From the human T2T-CHM13v2.0 reference genome, Homo sapiens, in assembly GCF_009914755.1 (NCBI RefSeq), contig NC_060942.1: a stretch of DNA of 64,000 bases. One strand, written 5' to 3'. Below are positions 43,767-60,581 of the stretch, piece by piece. Within the stretch, counting starts at the first letter, position 1; each line of letters opens with the position of its first letter. A program made the position numbers and the translations under genes. Under the pieces are notes generated by a model, which had not been told where the DNA came from, ran no database searches, and saw only the letters and a list, made by a program, of their open reading frames with translations.

Positions 43767-46069
43767 TGTATGTAAACATGGAAGAAGAGATAGAAACATA
43801 TGAACTCTATAATAGAGGGAAAATTTCATTTTAAAACGTTTAGGGAAAAAGCATAAGACTTTATTTTAGTCCTCTTTCTGGCTTCGTTCTAGCACATAAA
43901 TTTATTTTCAATCATATTGAACTTGGGGTCAACTTAATCTGTTTTCTTCTTGTTTCTCTCCTTAACTTGCTCAGAAAAAAAAATGAGATTATGTATTAAA
44001 TCTGACCTGAGGGATATACCAGAACAATAATAATTAGTAAAAGCAAAATCAGCTTGTATTATATTTGCCCAATCTAACTTAGGCAAGGTAATCAGAGCCT
44101 GAGAAGTTCATTAAATGAATTATTCAGTTCTTATGGTCTATTATTCAAAATATATTATTTTCATAAACAAAATGGACTGTTGATAAGTGTTCCTGTACAT
44201 ATATAAATATTAAAAATACAAAATGAAATTAGATTTTTCAGAGGGAAAGAGAAACTAGTCATGTCTTAGTGCCTTTGAAAAAGTAGACACGTTTTCTAAT
44301 ATTAAGAGGTGCCACATATTGACTCAGGTGCCTCCTTGGAGTAACTTAAGCCTCTAATTTTCTGGAACTTTCTCCCAAATGCTGCAAAATATAGGAGCAA
44401 TGCAACCTGTTTGCAAATTTATTAATTCTTTAAGCGAACTAAAGATAGATATCACAGCTAACTGTATGGAAACTGTAATTCCCAGTCCCTATATCTATCC
44501 CTTTCTCACTCAATCTTTGATCTTAATCTTCCTAAGGTTTGTAATACCTATTCTCAAATACTGCCTCTCAAGGTTTGGAAGTAAACGCTTCTGTTAGGAA
44601 GAACCTAGGAAACAACACTGCAAAACATATGTTACAGGAAAAAATTGCTGTAACGAAAATATTCTCATATTTATAACCGAGGGTTAAAACGTAATAAAAC
44701 AGACTTAAATAAATAGGCCACCATGTTTGAAAAGTCTATTCTTTAATCTTCAGTTGGAAGCAAGATGCTAGTTGATGAAGCCTGCATAGCAGTAATAGTA
44801 ATAAGATGAAATGAGCAACTTTGGGTTTGCTTTTCTCGTGTAAAGTCACTAGGCCATCATCAGATGCTACTTATTTTGAAATTGGCCTATACAATCTCCC
44901 CAGATCTCCTTTGCTGTATTTTATTTTTTCACTTACCTACTAGGAAAACCAAGAAGACAAAAGTAAAATGCACCCAGCAAGTACTCATTAGTATTGTTTC
45001 TGAACACGCTTAATTTGGGTGCCCTCAGGAATGTACGTACTTGATGAGAATTTATGCATCTGTGATTACAGAGCAGCTTATATTTAGATAAAGGTGAGGA
45101 GGAGATGAAAAATGGATAAAGACAGAACATACTGATCACTAGGTGCAGGTACACCAACCTGCAGGCTTTGTGTCCTTTGTAGACTTGGAGAAACCTTGCT
45201 GGGCATCTGTTTCCTGTGCAAGCTCTGAGGAAGTCATAAAATTCTACATTGCGGTTTTCTTTGGAAAGTGATTAAATGATAATAACTGAGTTGCTTTGAA
45301 GATGAATTTCCCTCAAATTATATTGTTATTCTGCTTCCCAGCAGATCTTCTTATCAAGTGTATTTTCCATGGTTCTGATTCCTTACAGTTTTCACCCTTT
45401 CAAAGTTCACTTTGACTTTTAAAGTAGACTTATGCATGAGGCCAGGGACCCAGAAACCAGTTTCCCATTCTTCAGTTCTAGATGGTGTTAGATTCTAGTG
45501 ATTTTAGTAAAACAAAGCCTTCAAGGTCTAAGTAGTCCAGAGCAGTGAGGTTGATTCTTAAAATCAATATCGTAAATATTGAGACACATGAAGGTATAAG
45601 CTTGGCAACTTGAGAACAGAGAACTAACTCAAAATAGAAAAGGAACAATTAAAATTCATAAATATTAACTATATGTTTAAAGAAAGATGTTCTGTTTGCA
45701 TTGCAATATTTTATAACCAGTAGAATATTTTTGACTTATTTTTCAGGAATCATGTTTTCTAAAAGTGTGTAGACATTAAAATCGGAGGATTTAAACATAA
45801 AACTGCTTTCTAATTGGTGTTTTCCACAGTAAACATGCATTGTGCATAGTCACTTGATCCGAAAGATGAAAATAAGAAATCCAAGAATTAATGACATGCT
45901 TCAAGGAGCAAAATTTCTGCCTGTTGTAGGACATTATAAACATTAGGAAAAATGTTAAGTTGGTTAAAGCTGATGATGTTATTACAACAAAAGACCTGGT
46001 CACCATGTTAAACCTGACAATACCAATTTAATCTCTGGTATAATTTTTGTCTATCTGATTTTTTGCTTA

Positions 46070-46725
46070 AAACATTCATTAAGTGCCTACTATCTGTCAG
46101 GTCATATTAGGTACTTTAGTTGTAATTGTCAGTAAGATATAGTTCCTACTCTTAAAGAACTTAGAATCTAGTAAAATAGTTACATGAGCAGATAATTTTA
46201 ATGTAACTTGATAAGTTTTCAGTTAGTGGTTTGAAGGCAGTATTATGGTAATAAAGAGGAAGATAAATTTAAGGAGGTTAAAACTGTAGAGAGATCAGTG
46301 AGGAGTGGCAAATACAAAAGGTCTGAAATTGTAAAGTTGGAGAAGATAAGTTATATTAATATTAAAGGAATAATTAGCGAGGGTGGGCATTAACCAGACA
46401 TTGGGGGAAAGGAGAAATTATTATAAAGTCTAAATTTCTGGCTGTACTAAGGCAATAGATGGATAAATAGTGGTCCTCAAAATTGAAAATCAGGCATACA
46501 AAAGGAAAGGCAGGTTGGGGGAGGAAGAAGAACTGCATTTGAGGTACCTGTGGTTATTCAATTGCATACGTTCAAGAAAATGACTCTTGAAATCTAGACC
46601 TCTCAGGAGAGGTCAGGCTGGTGATAATGACTGGGAAATGCAGGCACACGGGTGATCTCCAAAATCTATGAGACCAAATGCCATCTGTCAAGGAGGTCCT
46701 GGAAAGAAGGAGGTGGAGTAACCAT
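46070..46725 (-). mobile_element. L2 fragment
   Basis: AAACATTCATTAAGTGCCTACTATCTGTCAGG...TTTGAGGTACCTGTGG...CTCAGGAGAGGTCAGGCTGG. Confidence 0.6.
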
Positions 46726-49700
46726 AAGAGAGGAATAATTATTTTCTTTATTTTCTGCAAGCACTACTCTGCTTTGGCTAATAAAGACATTTAAGTTCTG
46801 GAAGGACTTGGGGAAAATTTAAGGTTATATATCTAATTATATATATGTGTGTATATATATGTATTTATTATTAAAATCATTGTTGTTCAATTGAAGGACA
46901 TAATAAATATGCCTGTAGCTTCTGTGGGGGCAATCACTAAGTAATGTTTCCTTCATGCATAATTCTTTTCACCTATGTTCTCTCCCAACCCACCCTGTGA
47001 AAAATGACAAGTCGTGTCTCAATCAGGAATATGTTCTAGTACTAGAGATTGGGAACCCAACAGAAAGTGATTGAATCAAGTGATTCTGGCTCATTAATAT
47101 CATGCTCTAATAATTGATGTACAGCCAATGTTAATTTAAGTGCAAATTAACTCCCCTTCTCTTCATTTTAATTAGTAGCTTTGTTCTAGCTCTGCTGTCA
47201 CTAAATTGATAACACTTTTATCCTCAAGATCTACTTACCAAAGCATAACAAAATGTATCTTGATGTTCTAAAAAAATTACAGAATAATTGTCTAGTAATG
47301 AGTATTTGTGTAGATTCCAATAATATGCAAAATATTGTCAAGAAATTGACTTGAAAAACATGTCAAATGATTGACCAAATTTAGGGAAAGTTACCTTGTC
47401 TCTTCTTCTGCCTCTTCTCTTCCCCTTCTTCATCTCCATGTTAATATTTTTTTTCTAGTCCACTGTTTGAAAAAGTTTGGGGAATATTCTATTACATTTA
47501 TAAAAATTCTTTATACCACCATCTGGGTGCTTCACACTCTCCATCACAAGTATTTCTGACTATTTAATAATTAGTACGAGAACATATTGTATGCCTACTT
47601 GTTCGATTGAGATATTCTCTGTGTTCTTTCTGGATTTCAGGTGTATAACACTTTCTTTGTTATGGATCCATCATTTGAGACATCTAGTTCTGAACAGATA
47701 TGTTTTTCATAGAAGCTCCCTATAATATGGCAATATCTGAGTTATTTCTGTTGTGGAGATCATAGATGGAGAACATTTAAATGACTCTTACGAGTTAGAC
47801 ACATACCTACAAATATTCCAGGCAAGATTTCTGATACAATCTTGTGGTCTTTAATTTTTTTTCTTAAGCATTTGGCTACTTATATTATTCACTAAACTAG
47901 TATCCAGCTGCTGATCTTCTATGTTATCTCCATCTGTAAATTGATCAACCTTTCACATTATTTTGGGAAATATCAATGTGTTTTTTCTTGTGTTTTGTTA
48001 GTAAGTAAGCTAACATTATAGGGACAAATCTCTTGTTTTATAAAGAGTATATGGACTTATATGAGACAGTAATAATAAATATGGAAAAAGGATACAAATA
48101 TTGCTGGAAAAGAAGTCCTCCTACAACTTATGATGAACACTTGTGAATCATTTTAAATAATGACTATTTGACATGGTTATCAAGGGTGAAAATATGCATT
48201 GATGTTAAACCCTTGACTAAAGACTGACAATAAGCAACCCCGTTTTCAGCTTCAAATTATTATCAGCAAAAGCATACATTCATTGAATATAACAGGGTTC
48301 AAGTCTAGGCTATTGTGTAAGAAAATCAAAAGTTTTAGTAATTTTGACTTTAATGGGAACAGTTTTGCAAATTCTGTTTTTTCCTACTACTGCTTTCTCT
48401 TTGGAATAAGTTTTTACATATAACTTGCTAAGATTACAAGACCTTTGTGCCATAAATAAACACAGCATGGAAAAGATGAAAGAGAGTTAAAGTAACAAAC
48501 ATTCTCCCATTGTAGCCATAATCTGATTCCAGTTTTAGGTAACCCAATTACCAAAATCAGGCCAAGGAATGGTTTCAAGGCACAACTGAACTAGGTAATG
48601 CAGGCAACAGTTAGGTCTTCTCCAAACCACAGGGTCCCAAGGACAAATAAATACAAGGGCAGAAAAGAAAAGGTTTCTTATCTACTAAGGTCCTATTTCT
48701 TTGTCCTGATGTACTATCTAGCACCCCCAGATGCTGAGAGTATACCTAAAATCCAACACTAATTAAGAAAAGTCTAAGAAGCAGACTGAATGGTGAATAT
48801 CTTTTTGCTTTTTTAGCAGCAAATATCACTTCATTACTCTGACTTTAAAATTACCCTGTACACATGGATCAGAAATGAATTTATACTAGAATTACAGGAG
48901 TGAATATGTTTATGAAATTTATTCCAGTGATGTTTCCAGAAGTACATTTACACTATAGCATAATGTCTATACATAAGTCAATAACATTATAAATAATAGT
49001 TGCTTTGTCATGACACCTTATTAAGGAAGAAACAAAAGATGCTTTTTTGCAGACTTTGTGAAGAAATAATATATCCTCAGATTCTCCTACTTAATTGGAG
49101 ATAATGAAGCTTTTTATAAGGCCAAACATTCTCTATGGCTCCTAAAATTCTGTCTGGGCAAATAATGTTATGACTTGTCTATTTTATCATGAAGGTAAGA
49201 TTGTCTTCTTGAGTATCTTTCATATTAATTGAGGGTAAAGTTCTTTCCTTGTAGTACAAATCATGGGTAAAATTAATCTTTCTTAGAACTTTATTTCAGA
49301 GCCCATCTTTCTTTCTTTTGATGTTTTTCTACAATGCTTAGTGCCATTTTGCAGCCCCCAAGCTAGGAAATCAATGATTTGTTGGCCAGTCTTTCTGATA
49401 AATTAATTTCTGCTAAAGTAGTTATGACTAAAAACAGCTATAAATTACTGTTCCCAGTAAATATATTTGCTTGTTTACATGTAACAAAAATCCAAAGTCA
49501 TGCCTAATATTAGAGGCTCCAGACTTAAAAATAGAGTTGTACAAGAAGAATTTGGGGCAAAAATAACTTTATCAGTAAAATCTAATGTGACCCAAGTGGA
49601 TGGCAGTGCTATGACCTGGAATTTCTGGAGCAGCTACTGCTTTAAATATTCCATTACACTGGCAGATTCAGGGTTAAATAAATAATAAATATTTAACAAG

Positions 49701-49926
49701 TTAAATAAAAGTTTTGATCCATAGTTCTGAAAATATGGTCACTATCCTCTCTTGTAGAAAGGGCCTTTTGTCTTCCTCCTGTAGAGTTTCTAAGTCCATC
49801 CTCAGGAAGGGAATTTCATAGAATTTGAGGCTCATTCACCAATACTGTCAACAACACTTGACTGGGTATCTTTGACAATAAGTTCTCAGTTTCCCACCTA
49901 TTTAACATCTAAAAGTACAGATAGCC

Positions 49927-50582
<656 letters not shown>

Positions 50583-51861
50583 TATATGTAAGTAGATTGA
50601 GCTGGTGAATTGGCAGATGCTGTGGTAATTCTGCAGACTAAAGTATTAGTAACTGATCAACTAGCCTGAGCATTTTTCCATCGAGAATGGTGACATTATT
50701 TTCTAAGCCAAATTTAGCCAACTACCAGGATAAGAGGTGGGCTTATAAATAACTGTAGGTTCAGCAAACAGGTCCACCGTTGTAAACTAAATGGCCAACG
50801 TCAAAGATATATGATAGCAAAAGATCTTTTGGTTGATTGCACCTTAATAATTTTAGAGTAATCATTAATGCTATATTGCCTCCTGAGTCATTGCCTTCAG
50901 AAATAAGACACCAATATACTATTCAGTCCAATTTCCAGTCCTCCAGCCTACAAAAATAGACTCAGTACATAGAATAAAATGGCTCACAATTAAGGATTTA
51001 GACAATTCACAGGGATCACAGACAACAGCTTGACTCCTTAAAAACATCTTATTGATTAAGCTAAATGGAGTCCAGTATTTGCCACATGAACATGTGTGTG
51101 TGACTGTGAAGGAACAAGTTAGGTCAAATGTCTAATGGCAGAAGACGGCTATGTGAGGAATAGCTCTAAACTAAACTAATTCGTTCATCACAGGGAAATT
51201 TAGTTCTGGTTTTCTATCTGTACTTGGCTTATCTCCAAATGATAATTTCAAGTCAGAGAAATTTAGAAAACGAATGTGGAATTGGTTTTCCCACTTGTTT
51301 GTAAGAAAAGATATGTAAACAGTTTCTTGCTTATTCTAGCACAAGGAAAGCCTAGATCAGATAAAACTATTGATATTCTTAGAGAGAATTTATGGGTTTT
51401 TCTTACAGAATCGCTAGAGGACTTAATGAACTGCACCAAAATAGTTTCCAGTCTTACTTCAAGGGCATACGGTTTTGAACTATTTTTCAGAAAAGATTTC
51501 TGTAAAGCTTTATGTATAAAAGAAAATTTGTTTTAACATTTTCAAGTAATTTTAAGCATAACTAGGTTTATCAGGACATTCTCAAGCCCATCAAAGTTTA
51601 GAAGATAATATCAAGAAAGATAAACAAGATAACCTTATATATTAATAGGATAGGTAGAAATCTTTTTCCTATGTGTCAAAGCAAAAATCAAAACATTGAC
51701 TAAAATAAATTTTAAGACACATCTTGCTGTTATGTCTTATCTATCTACTCTCAAGAACAAAATGCTTATTTAAAAACATTCTTAGTCTGCAGGGCTGCTG
51801 CAACTAATTTCACCCTCCATCCACTAGTTTCAGACAAAAGTATTTGTTGCAAGTTTCTTGA

Positions 51862-52167
<306 letters not shown>

Positions 52168-53443
52168 AATAATATTATTTTTTAATGGACAGGCAACATA
52201 AACTTCTATAAAGTAAATCACTGTCTTTCAAATTCATTTGTACCATTGTCACTGGATATTGTGTCAGCAAGGAACATAACCTGCATGGAATTTTTAGTAA
52301 AAATATCTCTGATTGTTGAAGTTCAAGAAGGCACTACAATAAATTACAATAAATTAATGCCCTGTAGAGTTGATATTTGTTAAAGCTTTGTGGTAATAAC
52401 ATACCTATAAGTTTAGATTTTCAATAAAACTCTTTTTTTTTAGCAGTGCCAGCCTATTCTATATTAAGAAGATGCTTCTTTCTGACTCACTGCAAAGAGA
52501 ATTTACACTTGAAGAGTCATTTTTAAGAGTGTCAGGAATATATCTGCACTCATCTCTGCTGTTTCCTCTCCTGATTCTCCAGTGACTAAGGGTGATATTA
52601 AACACATTGAACAACAACTAGCACGACATCTGCTGATCAATCAAAATAAACCACACTGGTGTGTTCCGGCTGCATATCAGCTGGGCCAAGGGTCTGATGT
52701 CAACCTATTATAAAAGAAAGCAGAGCAAACTGGCCTATTTGGAAATCAGATGCATTCTAACTTTCAAGTCAATCTACTTGATTCTAACACTTTAATGTAT
52801 CATAATAACATGAGGATTATTTCTATTCTTCTAAAATGGAAAATGTTAATATAAAGTCTTTTCTGAAATGTTTCTTCAAATTCTATAAAATTTGGCCAAA
52901 TAACAAGATCAAAACATTTAACATTAAAAATCATGAATATTTGGGCAACGGTCCCTCCTACACTATAATCTGTAGGTTGGTTACCCATCCAAACAAGTTT
53001 AGGACCACAGTCCAAACAAAGGACAGGAAGGATAAGAACCACAGAACTAGAAGAAAAGCCATCCCATAACTCTGAGATGGCTGCAGGGAGGAGGAGAAGG
53101 GTGTCATATTAATCAGGGTGGGGTCTGAGATAATAAGGGTGCCACTTCGAGAACTGAGCAAAGTTCATGAATAAAACACAACATATAGATATAGTTTTTC
53201 AATATATCAATATCTTCTGAGGGATATAACTGTGGGAAGAGACAGTGAATTAGCCAATCACCCTGACAAATGATTATGAGTTAAAATTTCTAAGGAGGTC
53301 TGTGGTGCAAATAATCCTAAAAATTTTCACTAAATGGAAGATCTGTGAGGGTTAAAGTTGAAGGCAATCCCAGTACAGACAGAAAATTTACTGAATTTTC
53401 ACTTCATGAACTAACGTACTTTTCATTTTGAGTTACTTTTATC

Positions 53444-53773
53444 TCTTCTTTCTTTCTTTCTTTCTTTCTTTTCTTTTCTTTTTTTTTTTTTTTGATACAG
53501 TCTTGCTCTGTCGCCCACTGGAGTGCAGTGGCACCATCTCGTCTCACTGCAAAAACTCCACCTCCCGGTTTCAAGTGATTCTCCTACCTCACCCTCCCGA
53601 GTAGCTGGGATTGCAGGCATTAGCCACCACACCTGGGTAATTTTTGTATTTTTAGTAGAAATGGGGTTTCACCATGTTGGCCAGACTGGTCTCAAACTCC
53701 TGACCTCAAATGATGTGCATACCTTGGCCTCCCAAAGTGCTGGGATTATAGGTGTGAACCACTGTGCCTGGCC
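53444..53773 (-). mobile_element. AluS with (CTTT)n/T tail
   Basis: Dimeric Alu. Confidence 0.93.
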
Positions 53774-54190
53774 AAATTTAGGTCTACTTCTTACAAAATA
53801 GATCCCTGAGATACTGAGAATCTACTATGTTGCAGCATCCTAAATAAATGAGCTGATCTGCTTCTTTTGTCCTACAAATTTCACATGTTTATTTTCCAGC
53901 CTGCCTTTCTACCAGTTTTCGCTGGTTGGGTGTCTTTATGTGTGGGTGTTGCTGTGAAAATGGAGGTATAGGGAGGGAGTTGGCTCTTTCAGGTTTAATA
54001 AAGTTTTTCATCATCAACACTAGAAATATGACATCAGGTTTCCTTTAGAATCTGATGTGTCGACTTTTACTAACAATTTGGCCAAAGCTTCTTATGTATT
54101 AGGCTACTTTTCTCTAAGACGTATTAGCATCACAATGCCCACTCACATGGCCTGATGTATTTGTCTAAGTGTAGGGTAAAAATCCATTTA

Positions 54191-54505
<315 letters not shown>

Positions 54506-54876
54506 TTAGGAAGAAAATACGTCCCTTCGGATACCTCTAGCTAAGCAATAATGAATATAATAAAAGGATCATTGCAACAGAAAAAAAAAAGAAAATTGTG
54601 AAATAAGTTAATACCATCTCGTTTTTAGCCTCACCTTGTTTTTCCTAGTCTGTTCCCAGGGCCCTGAGTCGCTGGTTGGACCCCCTGACTGCCCCCTGGA
54701 ATATGTTTGTCTTGTCTTTGCTCTAGCCTTTTGCATATTGCTACAAGGTTATCCAAGTGTACTTTTCACCAGTTCCATTCCCACAGAACAGAACCCTCCT
54801 TTCTGTTAACCTGCTATTCTAATTGTTGTAAATATGTTAATTGGCCAAAATATAATATTAATTTTGAGATAACATA

Positions 54877-55517
54877 CCATCAATCCTTTTGATTCACTAA
54901 TCATGTATTTGCAAATCTGCCTGCTTAATAACATTTATTTGTGACCCCAGAATCAATACCATGGTGCTTTTGTAGTCATTTGCAGGCATATACAGAGTGG
55001 TAAAAGTTTGAGTCATCCAACTTGCATATTCTCAGCTGAGGTCAAACAAGTTGGTGCTGTACATTCTTGTTTTAGCTCTCATATTGTAAACAAGTGTCCT
55101 TTTCATGATTTATTTAATGTTTTTCACATTTTTGTCCTTTCGAGTGGTGGTTTCTCTGTTTAAAATGTCCCCCATGGTCAGTGCTTGAGGGACTGTCTAA
55201 TGTTCCTAAGGGCAAGCAGGCTATATGTGCCTTAAGGAGAAGATACATAGATAAGTTTCGTTCAGGCATGAGTTATAGTGCTGTTGACGATGAGTTCAGT
55301 GTTAACAAATCAACTATATATTATATAAGATATCTTTAAATGAAAGCACATAGAAAACAAGGTTCTGTTTTGCTCAGTTGATGAAAATACTGGTGGCTAG
55401 AGGCTCGCAGGAGCCTAATCCCATTTCCTCTAATAACAATGGCTTGGTATTCACTAATTCAGTGTTTGTAGCAACTTTATAGAATGTATAACTCCTGTGA
55501 ATAACAAGAATGAACTC
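54877..55517 (+). mobile_element. MER82 (Tigger-derived)
   Basis: GTAAACAAGTGTCCTTTTC, TCAGGCATGAGTTATAGTGCTGTTG and AGAGGCTCGCAGGAGCCTAA match recalled MER82. Confidence 0.75.
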
Positions 55518-55895
55518 TATTTATCTCCTCCCATGAAATAATTTTCAATCATTTAGGAATAGAGATAAAAATGCAATCAAATACGTAAAAGAAGAATAAA
55601 AAACAAGCAAGAACCAAGCCAAGTCTAGAAGTAGAGAGAGCTAAAGTAGTTGAACCAGAGAACCTTTGATACCTACCACATTTGAGCCAAAAAACTGACC
55701 TCTGAGCTTCCAGGCAATAGAGGCCAAAAAAGAAGGCAATGAATATCATAAGCTTTTCTTATAAGGCTAAAGCAAATATATCAGATTTTTGGGAGAGACA
55801 CATTTTTGTTTTCTATCAGTAAATTCTAAGAGTAACTTTATGCCACAAAGCACATAATGGCAATGTTTCTCATTGTAGTTTTATAAATAAAATAG

Positions 55896-56222
<327 letters not shown>

Positions 56223-56905
56223 TGACTGCTTTTTAAATTGACAATAATGAAGCTCAAGGCACTGATGCTATTTTTGTTGCCCTATGAACACATTCCTACA
56301 GGGATCTGAAGTTTTGTATGTTTCTGGGGCTCTGACATAAAATACGTTTCTACTGCACATGTGAAATTATCCTAATGATGGAAATACCCAGTTCTCTGGT
56401 AAACTGGAAGGGGAGATATGTTTCAGTGAGCTGCTGTGTTGGTACCTCTAAAACCATTCCAAAAAGAAGACATCTGCATTTGCCTACAAATTGAAGAGTC
56501 AACATAGGGCAGCCCAGAAAAATGAGAATAGTCTCCAACCCATTATAGACTATCCCAATTAGGAATATGATGTTAGTTAGAAGTGTTGTGTTAATTATGA
56601 CGTTAGATGTATCTGAAACTCCCTTCTCCAAGTCCTTGACTCTTTTAAATACCTATGCTCATTTTAATTTGTTAATTTATCTTACTACTGATGTTAAAAT
56701 TTTCTGATATTATGTGGAGAAACATACTAAATGTAGGTTCAAATAGTGAGTAAACAAACGTTCAGAAAAAAACAGAAGACTGAGTAAAAGCTTATCAACT
56801 CATTTAAACCTCCCCACATATTTTATGGATTGGCTGTTGATGCCCAAATTTTTTAGCTTAATTTGTCCTGATTTTCCAAACATGGTTATTAACACATTTG
56901 GGACT

Positions 56906-57317
56906 CGTTTAAAAAAAGAAAGAAAGAAAAAAAAACTTCAGCCAAATTAAATTTAAAGGAGTTTAATTGAGCAATGAACAATTCACAAATCCCTTAGGCC
57001 CAGAATCACGCAGATTCAGACACTCCAGTGCAGCCACATGGTGGAAGAAAATTTATGGACAGCAAAAGGAAAGTGATGTTCAGAAAACGGAAGTGAGGTA
57101 CAGAAACAACTGGATTGGTTACAAGCTCTGTGTTTGCCTTATTTGAACAACGATTTGAACAGTTGGCTACATTTGATTGGCCAAACTCAGTGACTGGCAC
57201 AGGTGTGGGATATGGTCGGTTTACACCTCCACTTGTATAGTTCATGATGTACAGAGAAACCTTTAGGCTGAACTTAAATATATAATGAGGCAGCTTTAGG
57301 CTAAACTTGATTTAACA
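56906..57317 (-). mobile_element. MER57-type solo LTR (ERV1)
   Basis: Ends GCAGCTTTAGGCTAAACTTGATTTAACA (reverse complement of MER57 5' end); TSD GACT/GACC. Confidence 0.88.
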
Positions 57318-58505
57318 GACCTTTAGGAATACACATTCTGGAAGAGTGAATTTATAAAAATAAATGTTTATGGCTGTCTCATAACTGCATTATCAGCAAT
57401 TTTTGCACTATAGAGATTTTTATGTTAGGTCTTGGTCCTTTATATCATTAAAATATTAAATAGGAAAAATCATGGAATTTATTCATAAATAGATGTACAT
57501 CTATTTCCCCAGACTACAGGTAAAGAACTATTTGGGTAAGAATGGGCTGCTGACCTGCAAGGAGAAAAATGAGAGCTTCAGTTTAAAACTGTCATAGTTT
57601 ATAAAAGATATAAACCATTCAGTTCCTTTAGTTTTTAATATTTAGAAGAGTAAACAAAAATTTGATTCAATTAAATGTAACAAATACAATTAAATGGAGA
57701 TGCAATTTGATTTATTGAAAATAGCATGATTTTAATGCAGATTAACTGTAGGCAGTACCTTACCAGAATATAATGCATTCTGGAAAATATCTACTGACTC
57801 AAACATGTAAAAACATAAAAAGATTTCATGGTATGGCGGGGAGAGGGGATAGGAGGGGTGTCTGTTCCCAGGGAGCTAAAAGTAATGTAAACTCTTTAAT
57901 TACTTGCTGCTTTTAGACATAATCTTTGATGACATAGATCTAGCATGTTATACATATTCTTTCATTTTGTTCTTTCAAAAAAAGTATCACTTTGATTAGA
58001 AATAAATAAGAAATAGAATATTCAAATAATGGCTCAAACACTGCAATAGAAAGACAATGATATGGACAAATGGAGCCATCACCAGGCCAGCAGAACGTCT
58101 GGGATTTCATTTTAGATGTTGAGTCCTGAGCTGATTTTTCAAAGCATGGATTTGGCATTGTAATGCTGCCAGCTCAGAAACGTCGATGTAATGGGAGAAA
58201 ATGTATGGGGAATTCAGGGCCTGCCTGAACCTCCATGGGCCCAGCCTTGGTACACTCGGGCTAGAGAGATCTGTGAAGGGCTGTTTCACCTCCTGGTGAC
58301 CACTCCCACACCGACATTGGTTGGAGATCCTGCCAACTATCCAGGGAGCCTGTGGATCTCTTTCCAATGGGATGCTAGCTTTTAGTCAACTGTTTAAAAA
58401 ATTATTATCTTTAACAGCTCTTGAAAGATTAGCTTTCTATTGCCATTTCCAAATCTTCTTTCCTCCCACTCTGCACCAGCACCTGCACTATAAAGAAGGT
58501 AAATT

Positions 58506-58882
<377 letters not shown>

Positions 58883-59400
58883 TTACAAAAGGAAACTGAA
58901 TAGACCTCTGACACTCTTGTCTCCAATAAGCTGTGAAAATAGTACTGGTTCCATCACTTAAGAGGCATTCAGCTGTTCTCTGGTAAATATTTACTCATAC
59001 CTTTAAAAGGAAAAATTAGCTAAAGGTAGGCTCGAGTTAGAAACTTAATCTAACTAGTTAAATCCTTTGAAATTTGGCAAAATTCCTCTTCACACATAAA
59101 CCACTTAATACAAAACCATGTTTTGTATTAAGACCCCCAAATCTGAAGGGCAATTAGCCAACTCCTAGATCATCTCATGTTATATCCTGTCCAAAAATAA
59201 ACAAACTGGGCTCTGGCATATTCTAAAAATATCTTCCTGTCTAAAAAAACATTTAACAGAGTTTGTCTAAGAAGCAGACTCCCAATTTTATTCTAAATAT
59301 AATTATATTTGCATATATGTAATTTACAAACAACTTTCCTGGAACACAAGCATTACACAAAGTGAAGTATACCTGTATATTTATTTAAAAGCAAACAAAC

Positions 59401-59405
<5 letters not shown>

Positions 59406-59450
<45 letters not shown>

Positions 59451-59459
59451 CATACATAT
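59406..59459. repeat. (AT)n microsatellite (~21 units) plus (CATA)n
   Basis: Seen directly. Confidence 0.95.
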
Positions 59460-59460
59460 G

Positions 59461-59751
59461 TTTAGTTTTTTTCTTGAGACAGAGTCTCACTCTGTCACCC
59501 AGCCTGGAGTGCAATGGTGCAATCTCGGCTCACTGCATCCTCTGCCTCCCAGGTTCAAGTGATTCTCTCAGCCTCCCAAATAGCTGGGACTACAGGTGTA
59601 TGCCAGCATGCCCAGCTATGTTTTGTATGTTCAGTAGAGATGGCGTTTCACCATGTTGGTCAGGCTGGTCTCAAACTCCTGCCTCAGGTGATCCACCTAT
59701 CCTGGCCTCCCAAAGTGTTGGGATTGCAGGCGTGAGCCACCGTGCCTGGCT
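59461..59751 (-). mobile_element. AluS
   Basis: Dimeric Alu. Confidence 0.92.
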
Positions 59752-59974
59752 TCAGAATGTGTTTTTTTGCCAGTGTGTCATGTTTCATAGCTCGGTGACT
59801 GATGAAGGGACTTATTCAGTGCTTTTCCTTTATGCACTGATATTTATTTTATTAATTTTAAATTAATAAAATATTAATTTAAATATTTTTAAAATTATTA
59901 AAAATATTAATTTTCTGACTCTTTAGGAATACATATTCCTAAAGAGAGTGTTGTGTTGTGTTGTATTTAAAAGA

Positions 59975-60160
59975 AAAGGGCTGTGGATTTTGACAGACCT
60001 TCAAACCTCAGGCCTCCTACTCATTAGCTGTGTGGTCTTGGGCAAATTATTCACCCTGTCTGAGTTTAAGCCTTTTAATTTGCAAAACCTCTGAGGATTA
60101 TTTTGAAGATTCAATTAACTAATATATGAAAGTGCAATGCAACAGGAGGTTGCTAATATT
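59975..60160 (+). mobile_element. MIR SINE
   Basis: ACTCATTAGCTGTGTGGTCTTGGGCAAATTATTCACCCTGTCTGAG. Confidence 0.72.
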
Positions 60161-60581
60161 AATTTGAGTTATAGTCCGGCAACTCAACAAGTGTTTGTTA
60201 ATATTCTATATATATCTACACTGAGAAAATCAGACTGTAATAGCACCAAATATTTGGGCAAACTTCTATTGGTTTGGTTTGCTAAGTGCATCACATGTAT
60301 TATTCATTTTGTCTCTCTATATTGATTTTTAGCTCCTGTTAGAAATTGCTTATTTTTCAACTTTATAATAGTGTTTGTTTTAAAAATATGTAATATGTTT
60401 ATGTGATTCAAAATTCAAAAAGCACCAAAGTGTACAGTAGAAACATATTTTTCCTCCTTGTCTCCTGCCATAGTTCATCTACCCAGAAGCAAACCTGCAA
60501 AATCTATCTTATGCATATAAAAACATTTAGGCGCAAATATAATTCTTTTCCCTTTTTTTGCACAAGAATTAGCATACTATT

